This document shows, one piece after another, positions 49,976 to 58,571 of a DNA stretch of 64,000 bases. Each line of letters opens with the position of its first letter. The stretch's first letter is position 1. The DNA is from an uncultured Gemmatimonadales bacterium. GTDB lineage: Bacteria; Gemmatimonadota; Gemmatimonadetes; Longimicrobiales; RSA9. Made by a program: the position numbers and the translations under genes. The stretch lies in contig CAVUKA010000007.1 of the NCBI GenBank assembly GCA_963741945.1, forward strand, positions 61,585 through 125,584, read 5' to 3'. A model generated the notes under the pieces. It saw nothing but the letters and a program-made list of their open reading frames with translations. It was not told the origin of the DNA and did not search any database.

Positions 49976-51501
49976 GCCGGGATGGTCGCGGCCGCGGACG
50001 CCGCCCTGAAGCGGGCGTACGGCGCCCCGTAGGCCGCCACGGCCCCGGGATCCGGCCGTTCCACGGTGCCCGGGGGGAGGGTGGTGGAAACCGCCTCGAA
50101 CAGGTCCTGGAACGCGCCCGCTCCGACTGCGGCGAGCAGCGCCGCCGCATACGCGGGCCCCTCCTCCCGGTCCACCGTCACCACGGGCGAGCCGAAGATC
50201 TCGGCCTGCAGCCGCCGGATGAACGCGCTCCGGGCGCCGCCCCCGGTCAGCACCACCTGGTCCGCGCGCAACCCCAGCTCACGGAGGATCTCCAGCGAGT
50301 CCCGCATGGCGAAGCAGACCCCCTCGAGCACCGCCCGGGAGACGTGCCGGCGCTCGTGGGCCAGGCTCAGCCCCACCAGCGCGCCCCGCAGGGCCCCGCT
50401 CCGGTGCGGCGTACGCTCGCCTTGGAGGTACGGCAGGAACACCACGCCGCCTGAGCCGCGCGGCGCGCCGGCGGCCTCTTCGTTCAGCGCCAGCGTGGCC
50501 GCCGCCGCATTCCCGGCCGTCCCCGGCCCCACGCCGCCCGCGAGCAGCCGATCACGGTACCAGGCGAAGGCACCGCCGGCCGACAGCACCACGCCGATGT
50601 TGTACCACGTGTCCGGCGCCACGTGGCAGAAGGTGTGAACGCGCAGCCCGGGATCCACGCGCGGCTCGATCACCGGCGCCAGGACGATACCCGACGTCCC
50701 CCACCCCGCCACGACCTGCCCCGGCCGCACCACCCCCGCGCCGGCCGCACCGCACGCGTTGTCCGAGCCCCCACCCACGACGGGTGTGCCCGGGGCCAGC
50801 CCGGTGGCCCCCGCCGCGTCGCGACCGACCCGCCCCAGGACCTCCGCGGACCCCCCGACCGCCGGCATCCACGAGGATGGCACCTCCATGATCTCCAGCA
50901 TCTCCTCGCTCCAGCACCGGCGGACGGGATCGAACAGCAGGGTGCCGGATGCATCGGACGGCTCCGTCGCCAGCTCCCCCGTGAGTCGATAGCGGACGAA
51001 GTCCTTCGCCAGCAGGAGCGTGGCCACTCGCCCGTACGCTGCCGGCTCATGCTTCCGCAGCCAGAGCACCTTCGGCAGCGTGAACCCTTCGACCGCCGGG
51101 TTCAGGACCCGGGCGCGAAGCCCTTCCTCCCCACCCGCTCGCGCCGTGATCTCCCGGCACTCGGCCCCGGTCCGCGCGTCGCACCAGAGCAGCGCGGGCC
51201 GCACCACCGCCCCCGTCGCATTGAGAAAGACCGACGAATGCATCTGACCGGACAGGCCCACCGCCGCCACCGGCCCGGGCGACGCGCGCAGAACCGCGCG
51301 GATTGCGGCCACCGCCGCGCCCCACCAGTCGTCCGGCTCCTGCTCGGCCCACCCCGGACGGGGCGTCCGCATCGACAGCGGAGACGACCCCGTGGCGCAC
51401 ACCTCCCCGCCCGGCGCCACCAGGATCGCCTTTACCGCGCTGGTCCCGATGTCCACCCCAAGGAACACTTCCCCCCTCGACCCCTCGCCTCGCTCGATCA
51501 T
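49960..51501 (-). CDS. xylB: xylulokinase (FGGY family)
   Basis: LGVDIGTSAVKA, GLSGQMH, LWCDART, KDFVRYRLTG, DASGT, GTSG, PYLQGERTP, AVLEGV, GGGARS. Confidence 0.9.
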   Translation of the reverse strand: MIERGEGSRGEVFLGVDIGTSAVKAILVAPGGEVCATGSSPLSMRTPRPGWAEQEPDDWWGAAVAAIRAVLRASPGPVAAVGLSGQMHSSVFLNATGAVVRPALLWCDARTGAECREITARAGGEEGLRARVLNPAVEGFTLPKVLWLRKHEPAAYGRVATLLLAKDFVRYRLTGELATEPSDASGTLLFDPVRRCWSEEMLEIMEVPSSWMPAVGGSAEVLGRVGRDAAGATGLAPGTPVVGGGSDNACGAAGAGVVRPGQVVAGWGTSGIVLAPVIEPRVDPGLRVHTFCHVAPDTWYNIGVVLSAGGAFAWYRDRLLAGGVGPGTAGNAAAATLALNEEAAGAPRGSGGVVFLPYLQGERTPHRSGALRGALVGLSLAHERRHVSRAVLEGVCFAMRDSLEILRELGLRADQVVLTGGGARSAFIRRLQAEIFGSPVVTVDREEGPAYAAALLAAVGAGAFQDLFEAVSTTLPPGTVERPDPGAVAAYGAPYARFRAASAAATIPAQPST

Positions 51502-51803
51502 GCACCGGAAGATACGGTCCAGCCCGCGCCGCGTCTCGGCGACCCGCGCAATTATTGACGGAGTCGGGCAATCATGTGCGGACTTCCGGCACTCCCCGGA
51601 ACTGCGCCTCTGCCGCTATCTGGTTGCGCCGCAACCGCTTGAGCGCCATGCCGACCGAGTGGCGCCTCCCTTGCCCATTGAGGAGGGCACAACAGAGGCA
51701 CGGGACGGCGGGATAACCGGGGAGAGCGTTCCGTGCAACAGGAAGGGGGAGTGGCTGATGATGGCCCTCCCCCTCTCTGCATCCGGGAGGTCGGGAGTGG
51801 CGC

Positions 51804-53210
51804 TCAGTCGGCGGTGCCCGCCGCTCGCGGCAGCATCACGAGCGTCATTCCCACCGAGCGGGGCGGGCCGAACCCGAGCGAGTTCGCAGCGACCGAAAGC
51901 TCGCGGCCTCCGCCGAAGTCGAGGAACCCCCAGGCCGCGCGCCAGCCGCCGAGCGCGAGCCGGAGCGAATCGGGAGCCACACCGACGACCTCGCCGATTT
52001 CGGCGCCCTCGGGGCTGATCACGGTGGCCCCCCGAAAGCGTCGCAGCTCGAGCACGGCGGGCCTGATGGAAGCCGTGGGGCGGATCACCCTGAGCGCCCG
52101 CTCGAGGTGGCGCGCCGTCCGGGCCTCGTCCCCCTGCTGGTAGGAAAGCCGCGCTGATTTCACTTCGTCGAGCACGGCGTGGAGCGCGCCCGGAGCGGAG
52201 TGCCCTCCAACCTCGGCCGCGCGATGCGCGTCGTCCATGGCGACGGCGGCGGAAGTCCGGTCGCCGCGGCCGAGCGCACCCAGCGCCTCGTGGAGCGAGG
52301 TGCGGATGCCCTGGCCCAGTGCGTGGGCAGGACTGGCCAGCTGTGCGGGGAACGGTTCGGTGCCGTGCCCGTCCGGGCGGCGATCCTGGCGGAGTTCGGT
52401 GAGCCAGGCCACGAGCACGAGCGCGGCGGCGCCGAGCACGGACATGGTAGCCACCAGTCCAGCGCGGGCGGGCGTGCCCTCGACCTGCTTCTGCTCCGCC
52501 CCTTCCATCCCCCCCATCCCGTGCTTCCAGCCGAGTTTGACCATCATCGCGTTCATCGGCCACGTGAGGATGAATCCCGCGACCAGGCCGAACATGCCGA
52601 ATCCCCAGAAGGCGTAGGTGAGCGGCTTCGGCTGCGAGGTGGCCACCAGCGGCGTGATGTACGTCATGACCGCGCCCATGCCGCCCATCACCGTGAGCAT
52701 GGAGAAGAACTCGCCGCGGAACGCCATGGCCAGCTGTTTCGGGATGCTGTCGGTCATCATGGTCATGGACTTGCGCTGGAAGATGAACCAGCCGATGGCG
52801 AAGCCCACCAGGTACTCGAACCAGAACTCCTGCCAGAAGCTCATGCCGGAAGCCCGGGCGATCACCATCCCGGTCATGATGCCGAACCCATCGCCGGCCA
52901 CGCAGTGGATCACGGCCCCATTGGCCCGGCGCCACATGGCCCGCTCGTACTCGTCATGCGCTTCCTGCTTCTCGTCCGGGTCCTCGATCCGACCGATGCC
53001 GGGGGCGCGTGCGGTGGTGAAGTACAGGAAGAGACCGATCACGGAAAAGAAGAACACGATGATGGGCCACGCCCACTTCATCGCCGGCTTCAGCACCGTG
53101 TTCTTCCGGTGGAGGTCGTGGATGAGGAAGGCCGCGCCCAGCGCGCCGACGGCGTACCAGGGAATCACGAACCACGGCTGACCGAGGAAGTAGAGGAAGC
53201 TCCAGTCCAT
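51804..53210 (-). CDS. DUF4396 membrane protein with an extra C-terminal soluble region
   Basis: MKWAWP, IHCVAGDGFG, Met-rich TMs, WPMNAMMVKLGWKHGM; then a TM and about 180 aa ending in a PRC-barrel-like segment. Confidence 0.8.
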   Translation of the reverse strand: MDWSFLYFLGQPWFVIPWYAVGALGAAFLIHDLHRKNTVLKPAMKWAWPIIVFFFSVIGLFLYFTTARAPGIGRIEDPDEKQEAHDEYERAMWRRANGAVIHCVAGDGFGIMTGMVIARASGMSFWQEFWFEYLVGFAIGWFIFQRKSMTMMTDSIPKQLAMAFRGEFFSMLTVMGGMGAVMTYITPLVATSQPKPLTYAFWGFGMFGLVAGFILTWPMNAMMVKLGWKHGMGGMEGAEQKQVEGTPARAGLVATMSVLGAAALVLVAWLTELRQDRRPDGHGTEPFPAQLASPAHALGQGIRTSLHEALGALGRGDRTSAAVAMDDAHRAAEVGGHSAPGALHAVLDEVKSARLSYQQGDEARTARHLERALRVIRPTASIRPAVLELRRFRGATVISPEGAEIGEVVGVAPDSLRLALGGWRAAWGFLDFGGGRELSVAANSLGFGPPRSVGMTLVMLPRAAGTAD

Positions 53211-53585
53211 GGCTGCGCCTGTCGTTGAATGAGCGTCTCGGCGGCGGGCTGGCCGGAGGCAAATGGTGTACCGCGGGGCTCCGGAACGCGGCGGGGCCCG
53301 CGCGAATCCCCGGGGGATGACCTGTCGCCGCGTGGTGATTGTCCCGACAGAAGATCATGGTGTTCCCTACTGACGGCAGGGCAGGCGCGTGATACCCTTT
53401 CCGTTCGAGCTGCGGCGTCGGGGCCTGCGAGGAATCTTTCCTCGGAGGCCCTTTTTCATCGTCGACGCCTCACCCGAGATCCGGGCCTGCGACCGGGGAT
53501 CAGCGGTGGACGATGGGCCCGGCTGACCGAGGTTCCAGATCCCGTGAAACGGGATGACTGTCTCTGCCACCGGATATGGCCGTCC

Positions 53586-53966
53586 ATGCCACGCCCTCTC
53601 GTGCTGATCGTGGATCAGGACCCGGACATGCGAGTCATTCTCAGCGCGTTTCTGCGCCACGCGGGTTATGCCGTGATGATGCAGGAGCATGGGGATGGGG
53701 CGCTGGCGGAGGCCAGGGAACGCAGGCCGGCGCTCCTCATCGGTGAGCACCCCATCCCACTCTCCGACGGGAACACCCTGTGCAGCGCGCTCCGCTCGGA
53801 TCCGGAGACGGCGAACATCCCGTTCCTCGCCGTCACGACCAGAGCCTTCCCCGAGGAAGTGGCGGACGCGCAGCGGCTTCATGATGCTGTCCTCGCGAAG
53901 CCACCCGATTATTCGGAATTGCTCCGGAAGATACAGGAGCTGACGGAAGTGCCGCTCTCGCGCTGA
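53586..53966 (+). CDS. atypical single-domain receiver protein
   Basis: VLIVDQD, LRSDPETANIPFLAVT, AKPP; Glu at the phospho-Asp position (LLIGEHPIP). Confidence 0.8.
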   Translation: MPRPLVLIVDQDPDMRVILSAFLRHAGYAVMMQEHGDGALAEARERRPALLIGEHPIPLSDGNTLCSALRSDPETANIPFLAVTTRAFPEEVADAQRLHDAVLAKPPDYSELLRKIQELTEVPLSR

Positions 53967-53979
53967 TGGTGCCCTGTTC

Positions 53980-55155
53980 ATGAGACCGGCCGCGCTCGAT
54001 CCCGACCACGAGGGGGCCATGGGCCCCGTGCCGCGCCACAGCGCGGGCCGGGTCCTGGATCTGCACGCGCATCCGTCCCTGAAGACGTACTTCACCGGCC
54101 GCACCCTGCAGCACCATCAGCGGGCGAGGGCCGGGCTCGCCCCGCACCGGCTTCGCAGCAGCTATCCATCGATGCGGGCGGGCGGTGTCGGTGCGCTGTG
54201 CTCGTCGGTGTATGTCCCGGAGCGACGGCTCCGTTCGGATTGCTGGCCGCTGGCGGTTGCGGCCGTGTTCCTGCCGCGGCTCAGGGCGCCGCTGCGCGGC
54301 GACGATCCGTTCCGGCTGGCGAACCTCGTGCTGGACCACGTGGAGCGGGAAGTCGCGCGTGTGAACGGCGCCGAAGGGAAGACGCTCCTTCAGGTGGTGC
54401 GATCGAACCGCGAGCTGGACGGGGTCGAGGCGGCGGGGTCCATGGCGCTCCTGCACGCGTTCGAAGGGGCGCACGTATTGAACGGCGACGTCGCCAACGT
54501 CCGGCGCTTCCAGGCACGCGGGGTCTGCTCGATCACGCTCGCCCACTTCTATGACAACGGCATCGCGCCGCCGGTCGACGCGATTCCCCACGACCTCTTC
54601 CTCCGGCGCCTGGGCTGTTTCCGCGCCAGGCACGACCTCGATCGCGGCCTCACGCGGCTGGGCTTCGAAGTCGTGGAAGAGATGCTCGAGGCGGGGGTGC
54701 TGGTGGACCTCACGCACAGCACCCCGCGGGCGCGTCAGGACGCGTACGCCATGCCCAATCCGCGGGGGCGGCCGATGGTGATGTCGCACGTCGGCATGGC
54801 CACCCTGTTCCCCGCCCCGCTGAATGCCAGTCCCGCGGACGTGCGCGCGATCGCGGACCTGGGCGGCGTGGTGGGCATCATCCTGGATGAGTACTGGCTG
54901 ACCGGAACCCGCGTGGGCAATGCACTCGAGCACGTGGTCCGCCATGTACGCGAGCTGACTCGCCTGGGCGGTGAGGCGTGCGTGGCGGTCGGCTCCGACT
55001 TCGATGGCATGACGGACCCGCCCGACGGGCTGCGCGAGCCCGCGGGCTGGCCCCGGCTCCGGCGCGCGCTCCTCTCCGACGGCTTCAGCCCGGTCCAGGT
55101 GGAGCGCTTCCTCGCCGGCAACGCCCGCCGCGTCCTGCGGGATGGCTGGATCTGA
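53980..55155 (+). CDS. membrane dipeptidase (M19) family protein
   Basis: DLHAH, AFEGAH, ITLAH, VDLTH, MSH, GSDFDG, GNARRVL. Confidence 0.88.
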   Translation: MRPAALDPDHEGAMGPVPRHSAGRVLDLHAHPSLKTYFTGRTLQHHQRARAGLAPHRLRSSYPSMRAGGVGALCSSVYVPERRLRSDCWPLAVAAVFLPRLRAPLRGDDPFRLANLVLDHVEREVARVNGAEGKTLLQVVRSNRELDGVEAAGSMALLHAFEGAHVLNGDVANVRRFQARGVCSITLAHFYDNGIAPPVDAIPHDLFLRRLGCFRARHDLDRGLTRLGFEVVEEMLEAGVLVDLTHSTPRARQDAYAMPNPRGRPMVMSHVGMATLFPAPLNASPADVRAIADLGGVVGIILDEYWLTGTRVGNALEHVVRHVRELTRLGGEACVAVGSDFDGMTDPPDGLREPAGWPRLRRALLSDGFSPVQVERFLAGNARRVLRDGWI

Positions 55156-55183
55156 CCATGACTACGGCCACAGGAGAATCGGC

Positions 55184-57472
55184 ATGCGCAAGGAGATGAC
55201 CGTCTCGTCGGTATGGCTCCAGTTCGCCGCGCTGACGTTCCTCGCCGGATTCACCGTGCTCGGCATTCTCGCCTACCTCGTCAATTCGGAGCGCCCGCCG
55301 ATCCCCGAACGCGTGGTCACGGAATCCGGAGAGGTGCTGTTCACGTCCGATGACATCATGGCCGGGCAGCACGTGTTCCAGAAGTACGGCCTGATGCAGT
55401 ACGGCACGATCTTCGGCCACGGTGCCTACCTCGGGCCGGACTTCACCGCCCAGTACCTGCACCGGGAAGCGCTGCTCATGGCCGGGTACTACGGCGGCGC
55501 GGACTCGGCGGCCGCAGCAGGGCGCGTGGCCCGGGAGGTGAAGCAGAACCGGTACGACGCGGGCACCGGCACGCTCGTCTTCACGACGGGCCAGGCTTCC
55601 GCGTTCCGGGACATGGTGGCCTTCTACCGTGGCTGGTTCGGGGAGCCGGACTCCCAGTCCGGCGTCCGCCACCTCTACCTCAAGGATCCGCAGGAAGTGC
55701 GGCGCCTCACGTCGTACTTCGCCTGGGCGACGTGGGTGGCGACCGCGACCCGGCCTGGCAAGGACTACTCCTACACGAACAACTGGCCGCCCGAGCCGCT
55801 GGTCGGGAATACGCCGACGGCGGACGCGCTGCTCTGGAGCGTGCTCAGCCTCGTCGCCCTGCTGGGCGGGATCGGAGTGATCTTCTACATCTTCGGCCGC
55901 TTCGACCTCCTGGGCTGGCATCGGACGGATGACGAGCGGGAGGGCACGCTCCGTTTCCGACATCCGGAGGAGGTGCGGCTGACGCCGTCGCAGCGGGCGA
56001 TCCCGTGGTATTTCCTGGTGGTCGCCGGTCTGTTCCTCGCCCAGGGGCTCCTGGGCGGCGTGAACGCCCATTACCATGCCGAGCCACAGGGATTCTACGG
56101 CTTCGACATCTCCCAGTGGCTGCCGTACAACCTGTCGCGCATGTGGCACCTCCAGCTGGCCCTCTTCTTCGTCGCGGCCAGCTTCCTGGCCATGGGCATC
56201 TTCATCACGCCCATGATCGCGCGGCGCGAGCCGCGGGGTCAGGCGCTGCTGGCGAAAACGCTGTTCGCCGCTCTCGTCGTGGTGGTCCTGGGAAGCCTGG
56301 CCGGCGAAGCGCTGAGCATCAAGGACGTGATCCCGCGCTCGGGCCCCTGGTTCTGGATCGGCGCCCAGGGGTGGGAGTACCTCGACCTGGGTCGCCTCTG
56401 GCAGATCCTCCTGGTGGTGGGGATGGCGCTCTGGGTCATCATCCTCGTGCGAGGGCTGCGACCTGCCCTCCGCAACGAGCACCCGGGCAACCTGCCGTGG
56501 CTGTTCCTGTACAGCGCACTGTCCATCCCCCTCTTTTACGCCGCCGGCCTGGTCTTCGGCCAGAACGCTGAATTCGCCGTCATGGACTTCTGGCGCTTCT
56601 GGGTGGTCCATCTGTGGGTGGAGGACTTCCTCGAGCTCTTCACCACGATCATGGTCGCGTTCGTCTTCGTGCTGCTGGGCGTGGTGACGCTCAGGGTCGC
56701 GACCCGCGTGGTCTACCTCGACATCATCCTCTATTCCGTGGGCGGTGTCATCGGGACCATGCACCACCTCTATTTCAGCGGGGCGCCGGCGATCCACATG
56801 GCCCTGGGCGCGTTCTTCTCCGCCATGGAAGTGGTCCCCCTCGTGCTCCTGACGTACGAGGCGTGGCGTTTCATGCAGCTGGGAAGCGCCCGCGGCGATC
56901 CGACCTTCCGCACCGACAGCGCCGCGTTCCCCCACAAGTGGGCGGTCATGTTCCTCATCGCCGTCGGCTTCTGGAATTTTCTCGGCGCCGGCGTCTTCGG
57001 GTTCCTCATCAATCTCCCCATCGTGAGCTACTGGGAGATCGGCACCGCCTTCACCGCCAACCACGGCCACGGCGCCATGATGGGCGTCTACGGCATGCTC
57101 GCCGCCGGCTTCTTCATGTTCGTGGTCCGCTATTTCGTACCCCGTGACCGGGCCAGCGACCGCGCGATGAACGTGTCGTTCTGGAGCCTGAACATCGGCC
57201 TCGGGATCATGGTCCTGGCCAACCTGGTCCCCATCGGCATCATGCAGCTCTACGACAGCGTCAAGTACGGCTACTGGCACGCCCGCGACGCACAGTTCTT
57301 CCAGCAGGGGGCGGTGCGCGCGTTCGAATGGATCCGGCTCCCTGGCGACGTTCTCTTCATCGTCGGCGGCATCGTCCCCATCGTCTATCTCGCCATCCGC
57401 ATGTTCCTCGCCCGCAACCGGCCAGGCGAGGTCCCGCTCGATGCGGAGACGGAGGAGTTCACGATCGCATGA
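55184..57472 (+). CDS. norZ: quinol-dependent nitric oxide reductase (qNor)
   Basis: GTIFGHGAYLGPDFTA, SYTNNWP, WHLQL, GWEYLDLGR, WVVHLWVEDFLE, GTMHHLY, FWNFLGAGVFG, ANHGHGAMMG, RLPGD. Confidence 0.95.
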   Translation: MRKEMTVSSVWLQFAALTFLAGFTVLGILAYLVNSERPPIPERVVTESGEVLFTSDDIMAGQHVFQKYGLMQYGTIFGHGAYLGPDFTAQYLHREALLMAGYYGGADSAAAAGRVAREVKQNRYDAGTGTLVFTTGQASAFRDMVAFYRGWFGEPDSQSGVRHLYLKDPQEVRRLTSYFAWATWVATATRPGKDYSYTNNWPPEPLVGNTPTADALLWSVLSLVALLGGIGVIFYIFGRFDLLGWHRTDDEREGTLRFRHPEEVRLTPSQRAIPWYFLVVAGLFLAQGLLGGVNAHYHAEPQGFYGFDISQWLPYNLSRMWHLQLALFFVAASFLAMGIFITPMIARREPRGQALLAKTLFAALVVVVLGSLAGEALSIKDVIPRSGPWFWIGAQGWEYLDLGRLWQILLVVGMALWVIILVRGLRPALRNEHPGNLPWLFLYSALSIPLFYAAGLVFGQNAEFAVMDFWRFWVVHLWVEDFLELFTTIMVAFVFVLLGVVTLRVATRVVYLDIILYSVGGVIGTMHHLYFSGAPAIHMALGAFFSAMEVVPLVLLTYEAWRFMQLGSARGDPTFRTDSAAFPHKWAVMFLIAVGFWNFLGAGVFGFLINLPIVSYWEIGTAFTANHGHGAMMGVYGMLAAGFFMFVVRYFVPRDRASDRAMNVSFWSLNIGLGIMVLANLVPIGIMQLYDSVKYGYWHARDAQFFQQGAVRAFEWIRLPGDVLFIVGGIVPIVYLAIRMFLARNRPGEVPLDAETEEFTIA

Positions 57473-57761
57473 CGCGGGATGCGGGGGTGCCCGCGACCGC
57501 GGGGTCGGACGGAGGCGGGACCGGCGTGACGTCGTCTGGAGGCTCGTTCCGATCGGGGCGTCGGTTGAACGATTCACCATGGATATTGCCGTCGATCGTG
57601 CAATGGATCGGATCGTCGCGAGCCGTTGAACGATCGGCGGCAGATAATGCCGTTCATTGTACAAACCTCCTGCGAGGGGCCTGGAACGTACGAACTCCGG
57701 CCCCCGTACCGGGCTTCGGTCGGCGTGCAGTCAGCCATTGATCGTCGGAGGAGCGCCCACC

Positions 57762-58418
57762 ATGAGGCAGCGGGAAGCGAAGCAGATCGCGACGGTCCTT
57801 CTCGAAGATTCGGGCAGGACCTACGCGCGGGAAGCGGGAGCGCGAGTGGATCGGGGCACGCCCGCGCCGCTGTTCCAGACCCTCGTCGTCTCTCTGCTCC
57901 TGAGCGCGCGGATCAGCGCGCGCATCGCCGTGGCTGCCGCGAAGGCACTGTTCGACGAGGGCTGGACCACGCCGCAGAAGTTGGCCCGCTCCAGCTGGGA
58001 GCGGCGGGCGCAGGTCCTCAACGAGGCAGGGTACGCGCGCTACGACAATCGCACGGCCACGATGCTCGGTGACAGCACCGACCTGCTCCTGGAACGCTGG
58101 AATGGCGACCTCCGGAAGCTCCGCGAGGAGGCCGGGGGCGATCCGGACGAGGTGCAGAAGCTGCTGACGGCGTTCAGCGGGATCGGCGAGGCGGGTGCGG
58201 CCATCTTCTGCCGCGAGGTCCAGGGAGTCTGGGGCGAGCTTTACCCGTTCGCCGACCACAGGGTGCTCGAGGAGGCGAGCAAGCTGCGGCTCCCCAGGAG
58301 CCCCCGCGGCCTCGCGGACCTCGTATCCAGGAAGGACTTTCCGCGCCTGCTCGCCGCGATCATGCGCGTCGGGCTCGACCACCGACAGGACGAGATCCTG
58401 GAGCGGGCCCGCAGCTGA
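57762..58418 (+). CDS. HhH-GPD-like endonuclease family protein
   Basis: GGAGGAG RBS; LLLSARISARIA, GYARYD, FSGIGEAGAAIFCREVQ. Confidence 0.8.
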   Translation: MRQREAKQIATVLLEDSGRTYAREAGARVDRGTPAPLFQTLVVSLLLSARISARIAVAAAKALFDEGWTTPQKLARSSWERRAQVLNEAGYARYDNRTATMLGDSTDLLLERWNGDLRKLREEAGGDPDEVQKLLTAFSGIGEAGAAIFCREVQGVWGELYPFADHRVLEEASKLRLPRSPRGLADLVSRKDFPRLLAAIMRVGLDHRQDEILERARS

Positions 58419-58571
58419 GAAAACGGGCTCCTACCGCCAGGACGCTTGCGAAGCTGTCGCTCCGTCGCCTCTCGGGCAGTGGCGGCACGCGCGATGCGTT
58501 CCCCATGGCTCACGCACGGGGCCCCGTACGCCTCGGGGCTACCGCGACGAGCGTGAGTCACGGAGGACGGG

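Noticed and set aside
55184-57472. Nitric oxide dismutase (Nod)
   Set aside because: The FeB His ligands (HLWVE, HH) and conserved Glu residues are canonical qNor.
57564-57634. GTTGAACGAT direct repeat (57564, 57625)
   Set aside because: Only two 10-bp copies; too short for a CRISPR repeat and no recognisable operator.
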